Positions 1 through 10,627 of a stretch of DNA of 64,000 nucleotides are shown here, in pieces. The notes below the pieces were generated by a model. The model was not told where the DNA came from. It did not search any database and was given only the letters and a program-made list of their open reading frames with translations. The stretch is taken from NCBI RefSeq assembly GCF_045037415.1, contig NZ_CP173438.1, one strand, 5' to 3'. Positions within the stretch are counted from its first letter, which is position 1, and the number at the start of each line of letters is the position of its first letter. The translations under genes and the position numbers were made by a program. This DNA is from Escherichia coli. GTDB lineage: Bacteria; Pseudomonadota; Gammaproteobacteria; Enterobacterales; Enterobacteriaceae.

Positions 1-1281
1 ATTATGGTGGTGACAATCGGGTTAAGTTTCCTTGATTTCACCCTCGCCTTTACGCTGGGCGGCATTATGTTACTGACGCTTTTCCTGATGCCACCACTGT
101 TTTATCGTGCGGGAAAAAGCACCGGGCAAAATCTGACTCATCTTCGCGGGCAGTATCGCCAACAACTGACGGCCTGGCTGCAAGGGCAAGCTGAGCTGAC
201 CATTTTTGGTGCCAGCGATCGTTATCGCACGCAATTAGAGAATACAGAAATTCAATGGCTGGAAGCGCAACGCCGTCAATCTGAACTAACCGCATTGTCG
301 CAAGCGATAATGCTGCTCATTGGCGCGTTAGCGGTGATCCTGATGCTGTGGATGGCGTCTGGCGGCGTTGGCGGCAATGCTCAACCCGGCGCGTTAATTG
401 CCCTGTTTGTCTTCTGCGCGTTAGCCGCGTTTGAAGCGCTGGCACCAGTAACGGGTGCATTTCAGCATCTGGGGCAAGTCATTGCCTCTGCCGTACGGAT
501 CACTGATTTAACGGATCAAAAACCGAAAGTCACCTTCCCTGATACCCAAACTCGTGTTGCCGATCGCGTTTCGCTGACATTACGGGATGTTCAGTTCACT
601 TATCCGGAGCAATCCCAACAGGCACTTAAAGGGATTTATCTTCAGGTAAACGCCGGGGAACATATTGCGATTCTCGGGCGAACCGGATGCGGCAAGTCAA
701 CACTGTTACAACTGCTGACCCGCGCATGGGACCCGCAACAGGGCGAGATTTTGCTTAACGATAGTCCCATAGCCAGCCTGAATGAAGCGGCTCTACGACA
801 GACCATCAGCGTTGTTCCCCAGCGAGTGCATCTGTTTAGCGCCACGCTGCGTGATAATCTGTTACTCGCCTCGCCTGGTAGTAGTGATGAGGCTCTGGCG
901 GAGATCTTGCGTCGCGTTGGTCTGGAGAAGCTGCTCGAGGATGCAGGTCTCAACAGTTGGTTAGGTGAAGGCGGACGCCAGCTCTCCGGTGGTGAACTGC
1001 GCCGTCTGGCTATCGCCCGTGCGCTGTTACATGATGCGCCGCTGGTATTGCTGGATGAACCTACAGAAGGCTTAGATGCCACAACCGAAAGTCAGATCCT
1101 TGAATTGCTTGCAGAAATGATGTGCGAGAAAACGGTGTTAATGGTCACCCATCGACTTCGCGGGCTCTCTCGTTTCCAACAAATAATAGTGATGGACAAC
1201 GGGCAAATTATTGAGCAAGGTACTCACGCAGAACTGCTTGCCAGACAGGGGCGTTATTACCAGTTTAAGCAGGGTTTGTAA
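1..1281 (+). CDS. cydC: Cysteine/glutathione ABC exporter subunit CydC, 5'-truncated by window edge (C-terminal ~425 aa present)
   Basis: ORF 4..1281 stays open in frame to position 1; Walker A GRTGCGKST, ABC signature LSGGE, Walker B LLDEPT; followed by aat and infA as in E. coli. Confidence 0.9.
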   Translation: MMVVTIGLSFLDFTLAFTLGGIMLLTLFLMPPLFYRAGKSTGQNLTHLRGQYRQQLTAWLQGQAELTIFGASDRYRTQLENTEIQWLEAQRRQSELTALSQAIMLLIGALAVILMLWMASGGVGGNAQPGALIALFVFCALAAFEALAPVTGAFQHLGQVIASAVRITDLTDQKPKVTFPDTQTRVADRVSLTLRDVQFTYPEQSQQALKGIYLQVNAGEHIAILGRTGCGKSTLLQLLTRAWDPQQGEILLNDSPIASLNEAALRQTISVVPQRVHLFSATLRDNLLLASPGSSDEALAEILRRVGLEKLLEDAGLNSWLGEGGRQLSGGELRRLAIARALLHDAPLVLLDEPTEGLDATTESQILELLAEMMCEKTVLMVTHRLRGLSRFQQIIVMDNGQIIEQGTHAELLARQGRYYQFKQGL

Positions 1282-1322
1282 GCTATTATTGAACGATCCG
1301 ACTTGCGTGGAGTTTTGCGGTC

Positions 1323-2027
1323 ATGCGCCTGGTTCAGCTTTCTCGCCATTCAATAGCCTTCCCTTCCCCGGAAGGCGCATTACGTGAGCCTAACGGCCTG
1401 CTGGCACTGGGGGGCGATCTTAGCCCTGCGCGCCTATTAATGGCTTATCAGCGTGGTATTTTCCCGTGGTTTTCTCCTGGCGACCCCATCCTCTGGTGGT
1501 CGCCCGATCCCCGCGCGGTGTTATGGCCAGAATCACTGCATATCAGCCGTAGTATGAAGCGATTTCATAAACGCTCACCCTATCGTGTCACGATGAATTA
1601 CGCTTTTGGTCAGGTCATCGAAGGCTGTGCCAGCGATCGCGAAGAAGGAACCTGGATCACGCGTGGCGTGGTCGAAGCCTACCATCGCCTTCACGAACTC
1701 GGTCATGCCCACTCCATTGAAGTCTGGCGTGAAGATGAGCTTGTCGGCGGTATGTACGGCGTGGCCCAGGGAACACTATTTTGTGGCGAGTCCATGTTCA
1801 GCCGGATGGAAAATGCGTCCAAAACGGCGCTTCTGGTCTTCTGTGATGAATTTATCCGTCATGGCGGTAAACTTATCGACTGCCAGGTCCTTAACGATCA
1901 CACAGCATCGCTTGGTGCCTGCGAAATTCCCCGCCGGGATTACCTTAATTATCTCAATCAAATGCGCCTCGGACGATTGTCGAATAATTTCTGGGTACCT
2001 CGATGCTTGTTTTCACCACAAGAATGA
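1323..2027 (+). CDS. aat: Leucyl/phenylalanyl-tRNA--protein transferase
   Basis: 234-aa ORF recognised as Aat; conserved position between cydC and infA. Confidence 0.9.
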   Translation: MRLVQLSRHSIAFPSPEGALREPNGLLALGGDLSPARLLMAYQRGIFPWFSPGDPILWWSPDPRAVLWPESLHISRSMKRFHKRSPYRVTMNYAFGQVIEGCASDREEGTWITRGVVEAYHRLHELGHAHSIEVWREDELVGGMYGVAQGTLFCGESMFSRMENASKTALLVFCDEFIRHGGKLIDCQVLNDHTASLGACEIPRRDYLNYLNQMRLGRLSNNFWVPRCLFSPQE

Positions 2028-2308
2028 ATGTTTTCGGCACATTTCTCCCCAGAGTGTTATAATTGCGGTCGCAGAGTTGGTTACGCTCATTACCCCGCTG
2101 CCGATAAGGAATTTTTCGCGTCAGGTAACGCCCATCGTTTATCTCACCGCTCCCTTATACGTTGCGCTTTTGGTGCGGCTTAGCCGTGTGTTTTCGGAGT
2201 AATGTGCCGAACCTGTTTGTTGCGATTTAGCGCGCAAATCTTTACTTATTTACAGAACTTCGGCATTATCTTGCCGGTTCAAATTACGGTAGTGATACCC
2301 CAGAGGAT

Positions 2309-2530
<222 letters not shown>

Positions 2531-2568
2531 TTGTTTTACCGCCTGATGGGCGAAGAGAAAGAATGAGT

Positions 2569-2598
2569 AAAAGGTCGGTTTAGCCGGCCTTTTTATTT
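2569..2598 (+). terminator. Putative rho-independent terminator of infA
   Basis: Stem aaaaggucgg/ccggccuuuu (one U-G wobble) with 5-nt loop, followed by a T-run (ctttttatttt). Confidence 0.5.
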
Positions 2599-2713
2599 TG
2601 TGATATGTATGGAGTACTTTAGAAGTATAAGTCCGTAACTTGTCTCGATGTAGATATACTGCACAACTTGTTTACAGTATGAGCAAACAATAATTATCAT
2701 AAAAATTCTTCTT

Positions 2714-2742
2714 GACCGTTTTATTCCAACTCCCTATAGTAG
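2714..2742 (+). promoter_or_regulatory. Putative sigma-70 promoter of serW
   Basis: TTGACC, 17-bp spacer, TATAGT, followed by a GC-rich discriminator (gcgccccgttgcccccc) typical of stable-RNA promoters; about 40 nt upstream of the mature tRNA 5' end. Confidence 0.4.
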
Positions 2743-2783
2743 CGCCCCGTTGCCCCCCATGAGGTCAGGCAAAAAAACAATTT

Positions 2784-2871
2784 GGTGAGGTGTCCGAGTG
2801 GCTGAAGGAGCACGCCTGGAAAGTGTGTATACGGCAACGTATCGGGGGTTCGAATCCCCCCCTCACCGCCA
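2784..2871 (+). tRNA. serW: tRNA-Ser (anticodon GGA), class II tRNA with long variable arm, 88 nt, CCA encoded
   Basis: Acceptor stem GGTGAGG/CCTCACC, anticodon loop CTGGAAA (GGA), T-arm GGGGG-TTCGAAT-CCCCC, discriminator G plus CCA. Confidence 0.92.
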
Positions 2872-2883
2872 TATTTAAAGAAG

Positions 2884-2911
2884 AGCTCGTACGAAAGTAC
2901 GGGCTTTTTTT
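2884..2911 (+). terminator. Putative rho-independent terminator of serW
   Basis: Hairpin cgtac-gaaa-gtacg followed by gggc and a T8 run. Confidence 0.5.
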
Positions 2912-2922
2912 TCGCATTTTAT

Positions 2923-2943
2923 CTGCCTGTACGGCAGTGAACT
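2923..2943. repeat. Direct repeat copy 1 (21 bp, ctgcctgtacggcagtgaact) with internal palindrome CTGCC-N5-GGCAG
   Basis: Exact 21-bp match to copy 2, 60 bp downstream. Confidence 0.7.
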
Positions 2944-2982
2944 TGTCATTATTGGCAGACAGGATCCGCGGCAATTTCTAAG

Positions 2983-3003
2983 CTGCCTGTACGGCAGTGA
3001 ACT
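2983..3003. repeat. Direct repeat copy 2 (21 bp, ctgcctgtacggcagtgaact)
   Basis: Exact 21-bp match to copy 1. Confidence 0.7.
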
Positions 3004-3152
3004 CAAATACTACACGTTTAGCCCGTTGTTAATAAAGCAAAACCATCTCAATCTCCTGCTGCCACCCTTTTTTATCCTTACCTACCCGCAGCACTAATTA
3101 TCAATAACTTACCATCATCATCAAAAAAAGGGTCTGAACCTCCTCCCCCCAT

Positions 3153-3190
3153 AAATAAAAAGTCCGTAACCCCTGACGAGATTACGGACT
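3153..3190 (-). terminator. Putative rho-independent terminator of clpA
   Basis: Perfect 9-bp stem agtccgtaa/ttacggact with 12-nt loop; on the minus strand it is followed by a U-rich run (forward ataaataaaa), 25 nt downstream of the clpA stop. Confidence 0.5.
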
Positions 3191-3214
3191 TCACCAACCT
3201 ACCAGACAATCAGA

Positions 3215-5491
3215 TTAATGCGCTGCTTCCGCCTTGTGCTTTTGTGCACTCTGGAATCCGTAAGTCAGCTCATTTTTCTCTTTATCCAGCGCGACGGTGA
3301 CCTGACCGCCGTCCACCAGCGAACCAAACAGCAGTTCGTTGGCGAGCGGTTTTTTCAGGTTGTCCTGGATGACACGCGCCATCGGACGTGCGCCCATTGC
3401 CCGGTCGTAACCTTTCTCGGCCAGCCAGTTACGCGCTTCCTGGCTCACTTCCAGAGAAACACCTTTCTGATCCAACTGAACCTGCAACTCGACGATGAAT
3501 TTATCCACCACCTGATGGATCACGTCGGTTGACAGATGATCGAACCAGATAATGTTGTCGAGACGGTTACGGAATTCCGGTGTAAAGATCTTCTTGATCT
3601 CTTCCATCGCATCGGTGCTGTTATCCTGGTGGATAAGACCAATGGATTTGCGCTCAGTTTCCCGTACCCCGGCATTAGTGGTCATCACCAGCACCACGTT
3701 ACGGAAGTCCGCTTTGCGTCCGTTGTTATCGGTCAGCGTACCGTTATCCATCACCTGCAACAGAATATTGAACACGTCCGGGTGCGCTTTCTCGATTTCG
3801 TCCAGCAGCAGCACCGCATGTGGATGCTTGATGACCGCATCAGTCAGCAAACCGCCCTGATCAAAACCAACGTATCCCGGAGGCGCACCAATCAGACGGC
3901 TGACGGTATGGCGTTCCATATACTCGGACATATCAAAGCGCAGAAGCTCAATGCCCAACGCTTTCGAAAGCTGTACCGTCACCTCTGTTTTCCCGACCCC
4001 AGTAGGGCCGGCAAACAGGAACGAACCGACCGGTTTATGTTCGTGACCTAAACCTGCACGCGCCATCTTAATGGCTTCAGTCAGCGCCTCAATGGCTTTA
4101 TCCTGACCGAAGACCAGCATTTTCAGGCGATCGCCGAGGTTTTTCAGGGTATCGCGGTCACTCTGAGAAACACTCTTCTCTGGAATGCGTGCAATACGGG
4201 CCACCACGGATTCAATATCCGCCACATTAACGGTTTTCTTGCGTTTGCTTACCGGCATCAGACGTGCGCGAGCGCCCGCTTCGTCGATAACATCAATCGC
4301 TTTATCCGGCAGATGACGATCGTTAATGTATTTCACCGCCAGCTCTACCGCCGCACGCACCGCTTTTGCGGTATAACGCACGTCGTGGTGCGCTTCATAC
4401 TTCGGTTTCAGGCCATTGATGATTTGAACAGTTTCTTCGATTGACGGTTCAGTAATATCAATTTTCTGGAAGCGACGCGCCAGAGCACGGTCTTTCTCGA
4501 AAATGTTGCTGAACTCCTGATAGGTTGTCGAACCAATTACGCGGATTTTACCGCTGGAGAGCAACGGTTTAATCAGGTTAGCCGCATCGACCTGGCCACC
4601 AGACGCTGCACCCGCACCGATAATGGTGTGGATCTCATCAATAAACAGGATGCTGTTAGTGTCCTGCTCCAGCTGCTTGAGCAACGCTTTAAAACGTTTT
4701 TCAAAGTCGCCGCGATATTTTGTGCCCGCTAACAGGGAACCGATATCGAGAGAGTAAATCGTACAGTCAGCCATCACTTCCGGCACATCGCCCTGAACAA
4801 TTCGCCATGCAAGCCCCTCCGCAATCGCGGTTTTACCGACACCAGACTCCCCCACCAGCAGCGGGTTGTTTTTACGGCGACGGCAGAGAACCTGAATAGC
4901 ACGCTCCAGCTCCTTCTCACGACCAATTAGTGGGTCGATTCCGCCCACTCGCGCAAGCTGATTCAGGTTCGTCGTGAAATTCTCCATACGTTCCTCCCCA
5001 CCAGCTTGTTCTTCGCTGTTTGGCTGGCTGCCAGGATCAGAAGACTGTGTCGGCTCGTCTTTACGCGTGCCATGAGAGATAAAGTTCACCACATCGAGAC
5101 GGCTGACTTCATGTTTGCGCAACAGATATGCCGCCTGCGACTCCTGTTCGCTAAAGATAGCGACCAGAACGTTTGCACCGGTAACCTCATTGCGACCGGA
5201 GGACTGGACATGGAAGACCGCACGTTGCAGTACACGCTGAAAACTCAACGTCGGCTGTGTGTCGCGCTCCTCTTCACTGGCAGGCAGAACGGGTGTGGTT
5301 TGTTCAATAAAGGCTTCCAGTTCCTGACGGAGCGCAACCAAATCTACAGAACACGCTTCCAGCGCCTCCCGGGCAGATGGGTTACTGAGCAGCGCCAGTA
5401 ACAAGTGCTCGACGGTCATAAACTCATGACGGTGCTCGCGCGCTCTGGCGAAAGCCATATTTAAACTGAGTTCCAGTTCTTGATTGAGCAT
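3215..5491 (-). CDS. clpA: ATP-dependent Clp protease ATP-binding subunit ClpA (758 aa)
   Basis: ORF 3215..5506; known N-terminus [14 protein letters not shown] begins at ATG 5491; two AAA+ Walker A motifs GESGVGKT and GPTGVGKT. Confidence 0.95.
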   Translation of the reverse strand: MLNQELELSLNMAFARAREHRHEFMTVEHLLLALLSNPSAREALEACSVDLVALRQELEAFIEQTTPVLPASEEERDTQPTLSFQRVLQRAVFHVQSSGRNEVTGANVLVAIFSEQESQAAYLLRKHEVSRLDVVNFISHGTRKDEPTQSSDPGSQPNSEEQAGGEERMENFTTNLNQLARVGGIDPLIGREKELERAIQVLCRRRKNNPLLVGESGVGKTAIAEGLAWRIVQGDVPEVMADCTIYSLDIGSLLAGTKYRGDFEKRFKALLKQLEQDTNSILFIDEIHTIIGAGAASGGQVDAANLIKPLLSSGKIRVIGSTTYQEFSNIFEKDRALARRFQKIDITEPSIEETVQIINGLKPKYEAHHDVRYTAKAVRAAVELAVKYINDRHLPDKAIDVIDEAGARARLMPVSKRKKTVNVADIESVVARIARIPEKSVSQSDRDTLKNLGDRLKMLVFGQDKAIEALTEAIKMARAGLGHEHKPVGSFLFAGPTGVGKTEVTVQLSKALGIELLRFDMSEYMERHTVSRLIGAPPGYVGFDQGGLLTDAVIKHPHAVLLLDEIEKAHPDVFNILLQVMDNGTLTDNNGRKADFRNVVLVMTTNAGVRETERKSIGLIHQDNSTDAMEEIKKIFTPEFRNRLDNIIWFDHLSTDVIHQVVDKFIVELQVQLDQKGVSLEVSQEARNWLAEKGYDRAMGARPMARVIQDNLKKPLANELLFGSLVDGGQVTVALDKEKNELTYGFQSAQKHKAEAAH

Positions 5492-5521
5492 AGGCACCTC
5501 CCCCAATTTTTATGCCTGCAT

Positions 5522-5842
5522 TCAGGCTTTTTCTAGCGTACACAGCAATGGATGCTCATTCTCCCTCGCGTACTTGTTCACCATCGCCACTTTGGTTTCT
5601 GCAACCTCAGCGGTAAAGACTCCGCAAATGGCCTTCCCCTGGTAGTGAACAGCGAGCATCAATTGCGTTGCACGTTCTACATCATAAGAAAAGAATTTTT
5701 GTAACACGTCAATAACAAACTCCATCGGAGTATAATCATCATTGACTAATATCACTTTATACATAGATGGCGGTTTTAGCGCGTCGCGAACTTTTTCTTC
5801 CGCCAGTTGATCAAAGTCCAGCCAGTCGTTCGTTTTACCCAT
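5522..5842 (-). CDS. clpS: ClpA adaptor protein ClpS
   Basis: 106-aa ORF recognised as ClpS; immediately upstream of clpA. Confidence 0.95.
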
Positions 5843-6164
5843 TGTCAGTTATCATCTTCGGTTACGGTTATCGGCAGAACGCCCTGCCGCTGACAAGAGC
5901 TTATTTGCCTGACCAATCTACTCCACATGATAGATAACTATCATCTATCGTTGGCATCAGCGACATCTGTCACATTCCTGTCAATAGCGTTAACTGCTTC
6001 AAATTTTTGATTCATACCTGCCCCCTGGCCCCTGTCAAATGCTTGACGGCTCGCCCTAATTCTCTAAATTGTATTTCTAGAGTTGGCGAGGTTTTGAACA
6101 GCCCCCTCTCTGACCCCGGTTTATTCCATCTTACTTGTATAAGATTTGCGAAGGATGTCGAAGC

Positions 6165-6389
6165 ATGGAAAAGGGTACTGTTAAGTGGTTCAACAATGCC
6201 AAAGGGTTTGGTTTCATCTGCCCTGAAGGCGGCGGCGAAGATATTTTCGCTCATTATTCCACCATTCAGATGGATGGTTACAGAACGCTAAAAGCTGGAC
6301 AATCCGTTCAGTTTGATGTCCACCAGGGGCCAAAAGGCAATCACGCCAGTGTTATTGTGCCCGTCGAAGTAGAAGCGGCAGTCGCATAG
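6165..6389 (+). CDS. cspD: Cold-shock-domain protein CspD (74 aa)
   Basis: ORF 6135..6389; CspD N-terminus MEKGTVKWFNNAKGFGFI at ATG 6165; divergent from clpS. Confidence 0.9.
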   Translation: MEKGTVKWFNNAKGFGFICPEGGGEDIFAHYSTIQMDGYRTLKAGQSVQFDVHQGPKGNHASVIVPVEVEAAVA

Positions 6390-6423
6390 CTCTTCTGTCT
6401 CATTGTGTACATCCTAAAGGCAA

Positions 6424-6452
6424 AATGCCAGCCCGATCGGCTGGCATTTTTA
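6424..6452. terminator. Bidirectional terminator hairpin between convergent cspD and macB
   Basis: 10-bp stem aatgccagcc/ggctggcatt with 5-nt loop, flanked by an A-run upstream and a T-run downstream. Confidence 0.55.
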
Positions 6453-6461
6453 TCTCAAAAA

Positions 6462-8408
6462 TTACTCCCGTGCCAGAGCATCTACTGGATCCAGTCGTGC
6501 CGCATTTCGTGCGGGTAACCAGCCAAATAAAATCCCGGTGACCGTCGAGCAGAGAAACGCCAGCAGCAGCGCTAACGGTGAAAAACCAATCTCCCAGCCG
6601 GGTAAGAAAAGCTGCAAGGTGAAAGCAATTAACAGTGACAGTGTTATTCCCAAAGCGCCACCAACCAGGCAAACCAGTACGGCTTCGATCAGAAACTGTT
6701 GCAAAACATCGCTTGCTCGCGCACCTACAGCCATGCGAATGCCAATTTCCCGCGTCCGCTCGGTCACTGACACCAGCATAATATTCATTACACCAATACC
6801 GCCCACCACCAGCGAAATCACCGCCACCAGCGTCAGAAACAGTTGTAAAGTACGTGTGGTCTTTTCAACGGTTTTCAAGACGCCATCCATGTTCCAGGTA
6901 AAGAAATCCTTCTTACCGTGGCGCAGTGAAAGTAAACGCGTGAGTTGCTGTTCCGCCTCAGCGCTGTCAAAGCCTTCTTTCACCCTGACAGTTATGGAGT
7001 TCAGCCACGACTGACCCATAACTCGCCCGGACATCGTGCTGTATGGCAGCCAGACACGCAGCACTTTACTGCTACCAAACATCGACTGTTTTTCTTCCGC
7101 CACACCAATGACTCTGGCGGGCATATTGCCAACCAGAATCACCTCGCCAACCACATCTGCTTTATGGGGGAAAAGCTGGCGGCGAGTATTACTGTCGAGA
7201 ACCACGACCTGCGCACGACCGTTCAGCTGCTCCTGATTAAAGGTGTTCCCTTCACTGAAAGTCATGCCATAGACATTAAAATAATCGCCGCTCACGCCAT
7301 TGGCACTGGCAGCCACATCAACATTGTTATAACGCAGGCGCAGGTTTTGCGAGACGGCAGGTGTGGCTGAGGCGACCCACGGTTGTTTTTGGATGGCGAT
7401 TAAGTCGTCGTACTTCAGCGCCTGCTGATATTGCGGATCGTCATCGCCAAAATCTTTCCCGGGATAGACATCAATAGTATTCGTACCAATAGAACGAATA
7501 TCCGCCAGCACCATTTGTTTGGCGGCGTCGCCCACCACGACAATGGAAACCACCGACGCAATACCGATAATAATCCCCAGCATGGTCAGTAAAGTACGCA
7601 TTTTATTCGCTGCCAGCGCCCGCCATGCCATCGTCAGCGCCTCGTTAAAACCGCTGACAAACTGCCGCCAGCCAGACGCCGTGTTGACAACAGGTTCCGT
7701 TCCGCCAGTAGCATTCACTTTTTCAATGGCGGGAGGATTGCGCACAATTTCGCCGTCGCGAATTTCGATCACCCGCTCGGCCTGAGCAGCAACCTGCGGA
7801 TCGTGTGTGACGATAATCACCGTATGCCCGCGATCGCGCAGCTGATGCAGGATCGCCATCACCTCTTCGCCAGAATGGCTGTCCAGTGCGCCGGTCGGTT
7901 CATCGGCAAGAATTACCTGACCGCCGTTCATCAATGCCCGCGCGATACTGACGCGCTGTTGCTGGCCACCCGAAAGCTGTGCCGGGTAATACTCTGTACG
8001 GTCTTCCAGCCCCAGTCGTTGCAGTAACTCCTGGGCGCGAAGCAGCCGCTGTTTCCACTCAAGACCGGCATAGACGGCGGGTACTTCAACGTTCTGCTCG
8101 GCGGTTAAATGCGAAAGCAAATGGTAACGCTGGAAAATAAAGCCGAAATGCTCGCGGCGCAGTTGCGCCAGCGCATCGGCGTCCAGCGTGGCAACATCCT
8201 GACCGGCGACGCGATAGGTGCCGCTGGTGGCCTTATCCAGGCAGCCGAGAATATTCATCAGGGTCGATTTACCAGAACCCGAAGCACCGACAATCGCTAC
8301 CATCTCACCGGCATAAATATCGAGGCTGATGCCCTTCAGCACCTCAACCTGCTCATCACCGGCAGGATAGCTGCGACGAATATCCTTTAATTCGAGCAAA
8401 GGCGTCAT
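6462..8408 (-). CDS. macB: Macrolide export ABC transporter ATP-binding/permease protein MacB
   Basis: 648-aa ORF; N-terminal ABC domain ([17 protein letters not shown]) fused to FtsX-like permease; start overlaps macA stop (ATGA). Confidence 0.95.
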   Translation of the reverse strand: MTPLLELKDIRRSYPAGDEQVEVLKGISLDIYAGEMVAIVGASGSGKSTLMNILGCLDKATSGTYRVAGQDVATLDADALAQLRREHFGFIFQRYHLLSHLTAEQNVEVPAVYAGLEWKQRLLRAQELLQRLGLEDRTEYYPAQLSGGQQQRVSIARALMNGGQVILADEPTGALDSHSGEEVMAILHQLRDRGHTVIIVTHDPQVAAQAERVIEIRDGEIVRNPPAIEKVNATGGTEPVVNTASGWRQFVSGFNEALTMAWRALAANKMRTLLTMLGIIIGIASVVSIVVVGDAAKQMVLADIRSIGTNTIDVYPGKDFGDDDPQYQQALKYDDLIAIQKQPWVASATPAVSQNLRLRYNNVDVAASANGVSGDYFNVYGMTFSEGNTFNQEQLNGRAQVVVLDSNTRRQLFPHKADVVGEVILVGNMPARVIGVAEEKQSMFGSSKVLRVWLPYSTMSGRVMGQSWLNSITVRVKEGFDSAEAEQQLTRLLSLRHGKKDFFTWNMDGVLKTVEKTTRTLQLFLTLVAVISLVVGGIGVMNIMLVSVTERTREIGIRMAVGARASDVLQQFLIEAVLVCLVGGALGITLSLLIAFTLQLFLPGWEIGFSPLALLLAFLCSTVTGILFGWLPARNAARLDPVDALARE

Positions 8409-9520
8409 TGCGCAGCTCCTGGTTTGGCCTCACCAATCACCACTTCATCGCCCGCTTCCAGCCCTTTGACAATCTCAACATCGGTATCGTTACGTGCGCC
8501 AATCGTCACTTCACGCTCGCGTGTTTCACCATTACGCAACAATTTGACTTTATAACGATTATCGCCAACCGGATCGCCTAACGCCGACAGAGGGATCGTC
8601 AGCACATTTTTCACATCGGTGAGCTGAATATGCACTTGCGCGGTCATATCCAGCCGCAGTAAACCATTGGGGTTGGGTACTTCAAAACGGGCGTAATAGA
8701 AAATAGCGTCGTTAATCTTTTCCGGCGTCGGTAGCACATCCTTGATTTGCCCCTCGTAGCGCGTCAGTGGATCGCCAAGCACCGTAAACCAGGCTTTTTG
8801 CCCCGGCTTCAGGTGGATTACATCCGCTTCAGAAACCTGCGCTTTTACCAGCATGGTGCTCATATCTGCCAGCGTCAGAATGTTCGGTGCTTGTTGTGCG
8901 GCAATCACCGTCTGGCCTTGCAGAGTGGTGATTTGCGTGACTTCCCCGGCCATCGGGGCAACGATGCGGGTGTAATCGAGATTGGTTTTAGCCGTATCGA
9001 GAGAGGCCTGATTGCGCTTGATTTGCGCGTCAATGGTGCCAATTTGCGCCTGTTTCACAGCCATCTCCGTCGCGGCGTTATCGAGATCCTGCTGTGAAAC
9101 CGCTTGCGTTTGTGCAAGACGTTGCTGACGGGAATACGTCACCCGCGCCAGTTTCAGCTCCGCTTCCGCCTGCTGCCGCTGCGCGCGTAGCTCCATCAGC
9201 GTTGCTTCCACCTCCTTGATCTGGTTTTCAGCCTGTTCAGGATCAATAACCCCTAAAAGCTGGTCTTTTTTTACTTTATCGCCAATCGCCACCGACAGCG
9301 TTTTCAACTGACCGCTGACCTGCGCGCCCACGTCAACCTTACGCAGCGCGTCCAGCTTTCCGGTCGCCAGCACGCTTTGCTGTAAATCACCGGGGCGCAC
9401 AATCAGCGTCTGATAAGTCGGCACGGGTGCGTTAAGAATTCTCCATAACGTAATCAGCCCGGCGATGACTATCACCATCGCAATAACGTAACGCTTCTTC
9501 ACGGTTTTCCGCTTTTTCAT
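8405..9520 (-). CDS. macA: Macrolide export periplasmic adaptor (membrane fusion protein) MacA (371 aa)
   Basis: ORF 8405..9547; [12 protein letters not shown]-terminus at ATG 9520; HlyD-family coiled-coil region. Confidence 0.9.
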   Translation of the reverse strand: MKKRKTVKKRYVIAMVIVIAGLITLWRILNAPVPTYQTLIVRPGDLQQSVLATGKLDALRKVDVGAQVSGQLKTLSVAIGDKVKKDQLLGVIDPEQAENQIKEVEATLMELRAQRQQAEAELKLARVTYSRQQRLAQTQAVSQQDLDNAATEMAVKQAQIGTIDAQIKRNQASLDTAKTNLDYTRIVAPMAGEVTQITTLQGQTVIAAQQAPNILTLADMSTMLVKAQVSEADVIHLKPGQKAWFTVLGDPLTRYEGQIKDVLPTPEKINDAIFYYARFEVPNPNGLLRLDMTAQVHIQLTDVKNVLTIPLSALGDPVGDNRYKVKLLRNGETREREVTIGARNDTDVEIVKGLEAGDEVVIGEAKPGAAQ

Positions 9521-9634
9521 AAATATTCTGAATACTCCATATGCCAATCCGGGTCATTAACTTCAACGAAATATCAACAAAACCCTAAAATTTACGTTAA
9601 TAATCACACTATTGATGTTTGGTTAAGATACGCA

Positions 9635-10627
9635 ATGGTTAAATCGACGTCATGTATAACCATTGATTTCATGAATATGTCGCAGCTAACTGAACGGACC
9701 TTTACGCCATCTGAATCTCTCAGCAGCCTGTCACTTTTTCTTAGTCTGGCACGAGGACAGTGTCGGCCGGGTAAATTCTGGCATCGCCGTAGTTTTCGCC
9801 AGAAATTTTTGCTGCGCTCGTTGATTATGCCGCGTTTAAGCGTTGAGTGGATGAACGAACTTTCCCACTGGCCTAATCTCAATGTGTTGTTAACGCGCCA
9901 GCCGCGACTGCCTGTACGTCTACATCGCCCTTACCTTGCGGCGAATCTTAGCCGTAAGCAATTGCTGGAGGCGTTACGTTACCATTATGCGTTACTCCGC
10001 GGGTGTATGTCGGCGGAAGAATTCAGCTTATATTTGAATACCCCCGGGCTGCAACTGGCGAAGCTGGAAGGCAAAAACGGCGAGCAGTTCACGCTTGAGC
10101 TGACCATGATGATCTCAATGGATAAAGAAGGTGACAGCACCATCCTGTTCCGCAACAGCGAAGGTATTCCTCTGGCAGAGCTCACTTTTACCCTGTGTGA
10201 ATATCAGGGGAAAAGGACGATGTTTATTGGCGGACTGCAAGGCGCAAAATGGGAAATTCCACACCAGGAAATCCAGAATGCGACGAAAGCCTGCCACGGG
10301 CTATTTCCCAAACGCCTCGTGATGGAAGCGGCCTGTCTGTTTGCCCAACGTTTGCAGGTAGAGCAGATTATTGCCGTCAGCAATGAAACGCATATTTACC
10401 GCAGCCTGCGTTATCGCGATAAAGAAGGCAAGATCCATGCCGATTACAACGCTTTCTGGGAATCGGTTGGCGGCGTATGTGATGCTGAACGCCATTACCG
10501 CCTTCCAGCACAGATAGCACGAAAAGAGATTGCCGAAATCGCCAGTAAAAAACGGGCTGAATACCGTCGGCGCTATGAGATGCTCGACGCTATTCAGCCA
10601 CAAATGGCCACGATGTTTTGTAGTTAG
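9635..10627 (+). CDS. ybjX: VirK/DUF535-family protein YbjX
   Basis: 330-aa ORF, length and position match YbjX. Confidence 0.8.
   Translation: MVKSTSCITIDFMNMSQLTERTFTPSESLSSLSLFLSLARGQCRPGKFWHRRSFRQKFLLRSLIMPRLSVEWMNELSHWPNLNVLLTRQPRLPVRLHRPYLAANLSRKQLLEALRYHYALLRGCMSAEEFSLYLNTPGLQLAKLEGKNGEQFTLELTMMISMDKEGDSTILFRNSEGIPLAELTFTLCEYQGKRTMFIGGLQGAKWEIPHQEIQNATKACHGLFPKRLVMEAACLFAQRLQVEQIIAVSNETHIYRSLRYRDKEGKIHADYNAFWESVGGVCDAERHYRLPAQIARKEIAEIASKKRAEYRRRYEMLDAIQPQMATMFCS

Noticed and set aside
2923-3003. CRISPR array
   Set aside because: Only two repeat copies with a 39-bp spacer, no further repeats and no cas genes anywhere in the window.
2784-3214. Possible integrative element or prophage remnant at the serW tRNA
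   Set aside because: No integrase or other phage genes follow; the direct repeats do not duplicate the tRNA 3' end; clpA follows within about 350 bp, as in the uninterrupted chromosome.
6538-7014. 158-aa ORF antisense to macB (and similar antisense ORFs within cydC, clpA, potG, gsiA, moeA)
   Set aside because: Embedded in strongly supported genes on the opposite strand, with low-complexity Ser/Arg/Pro-rich translations; no independent evidence.
9621-9643. GGTTAA-N10-GGTTAA direct repeat resembling a PhoP box at the ybjX start
   Set aside because: The spacing differs from the canonical 5-nt spacer and the second half-site lies inside the annotated start codon region; not confident enough to call an operator.
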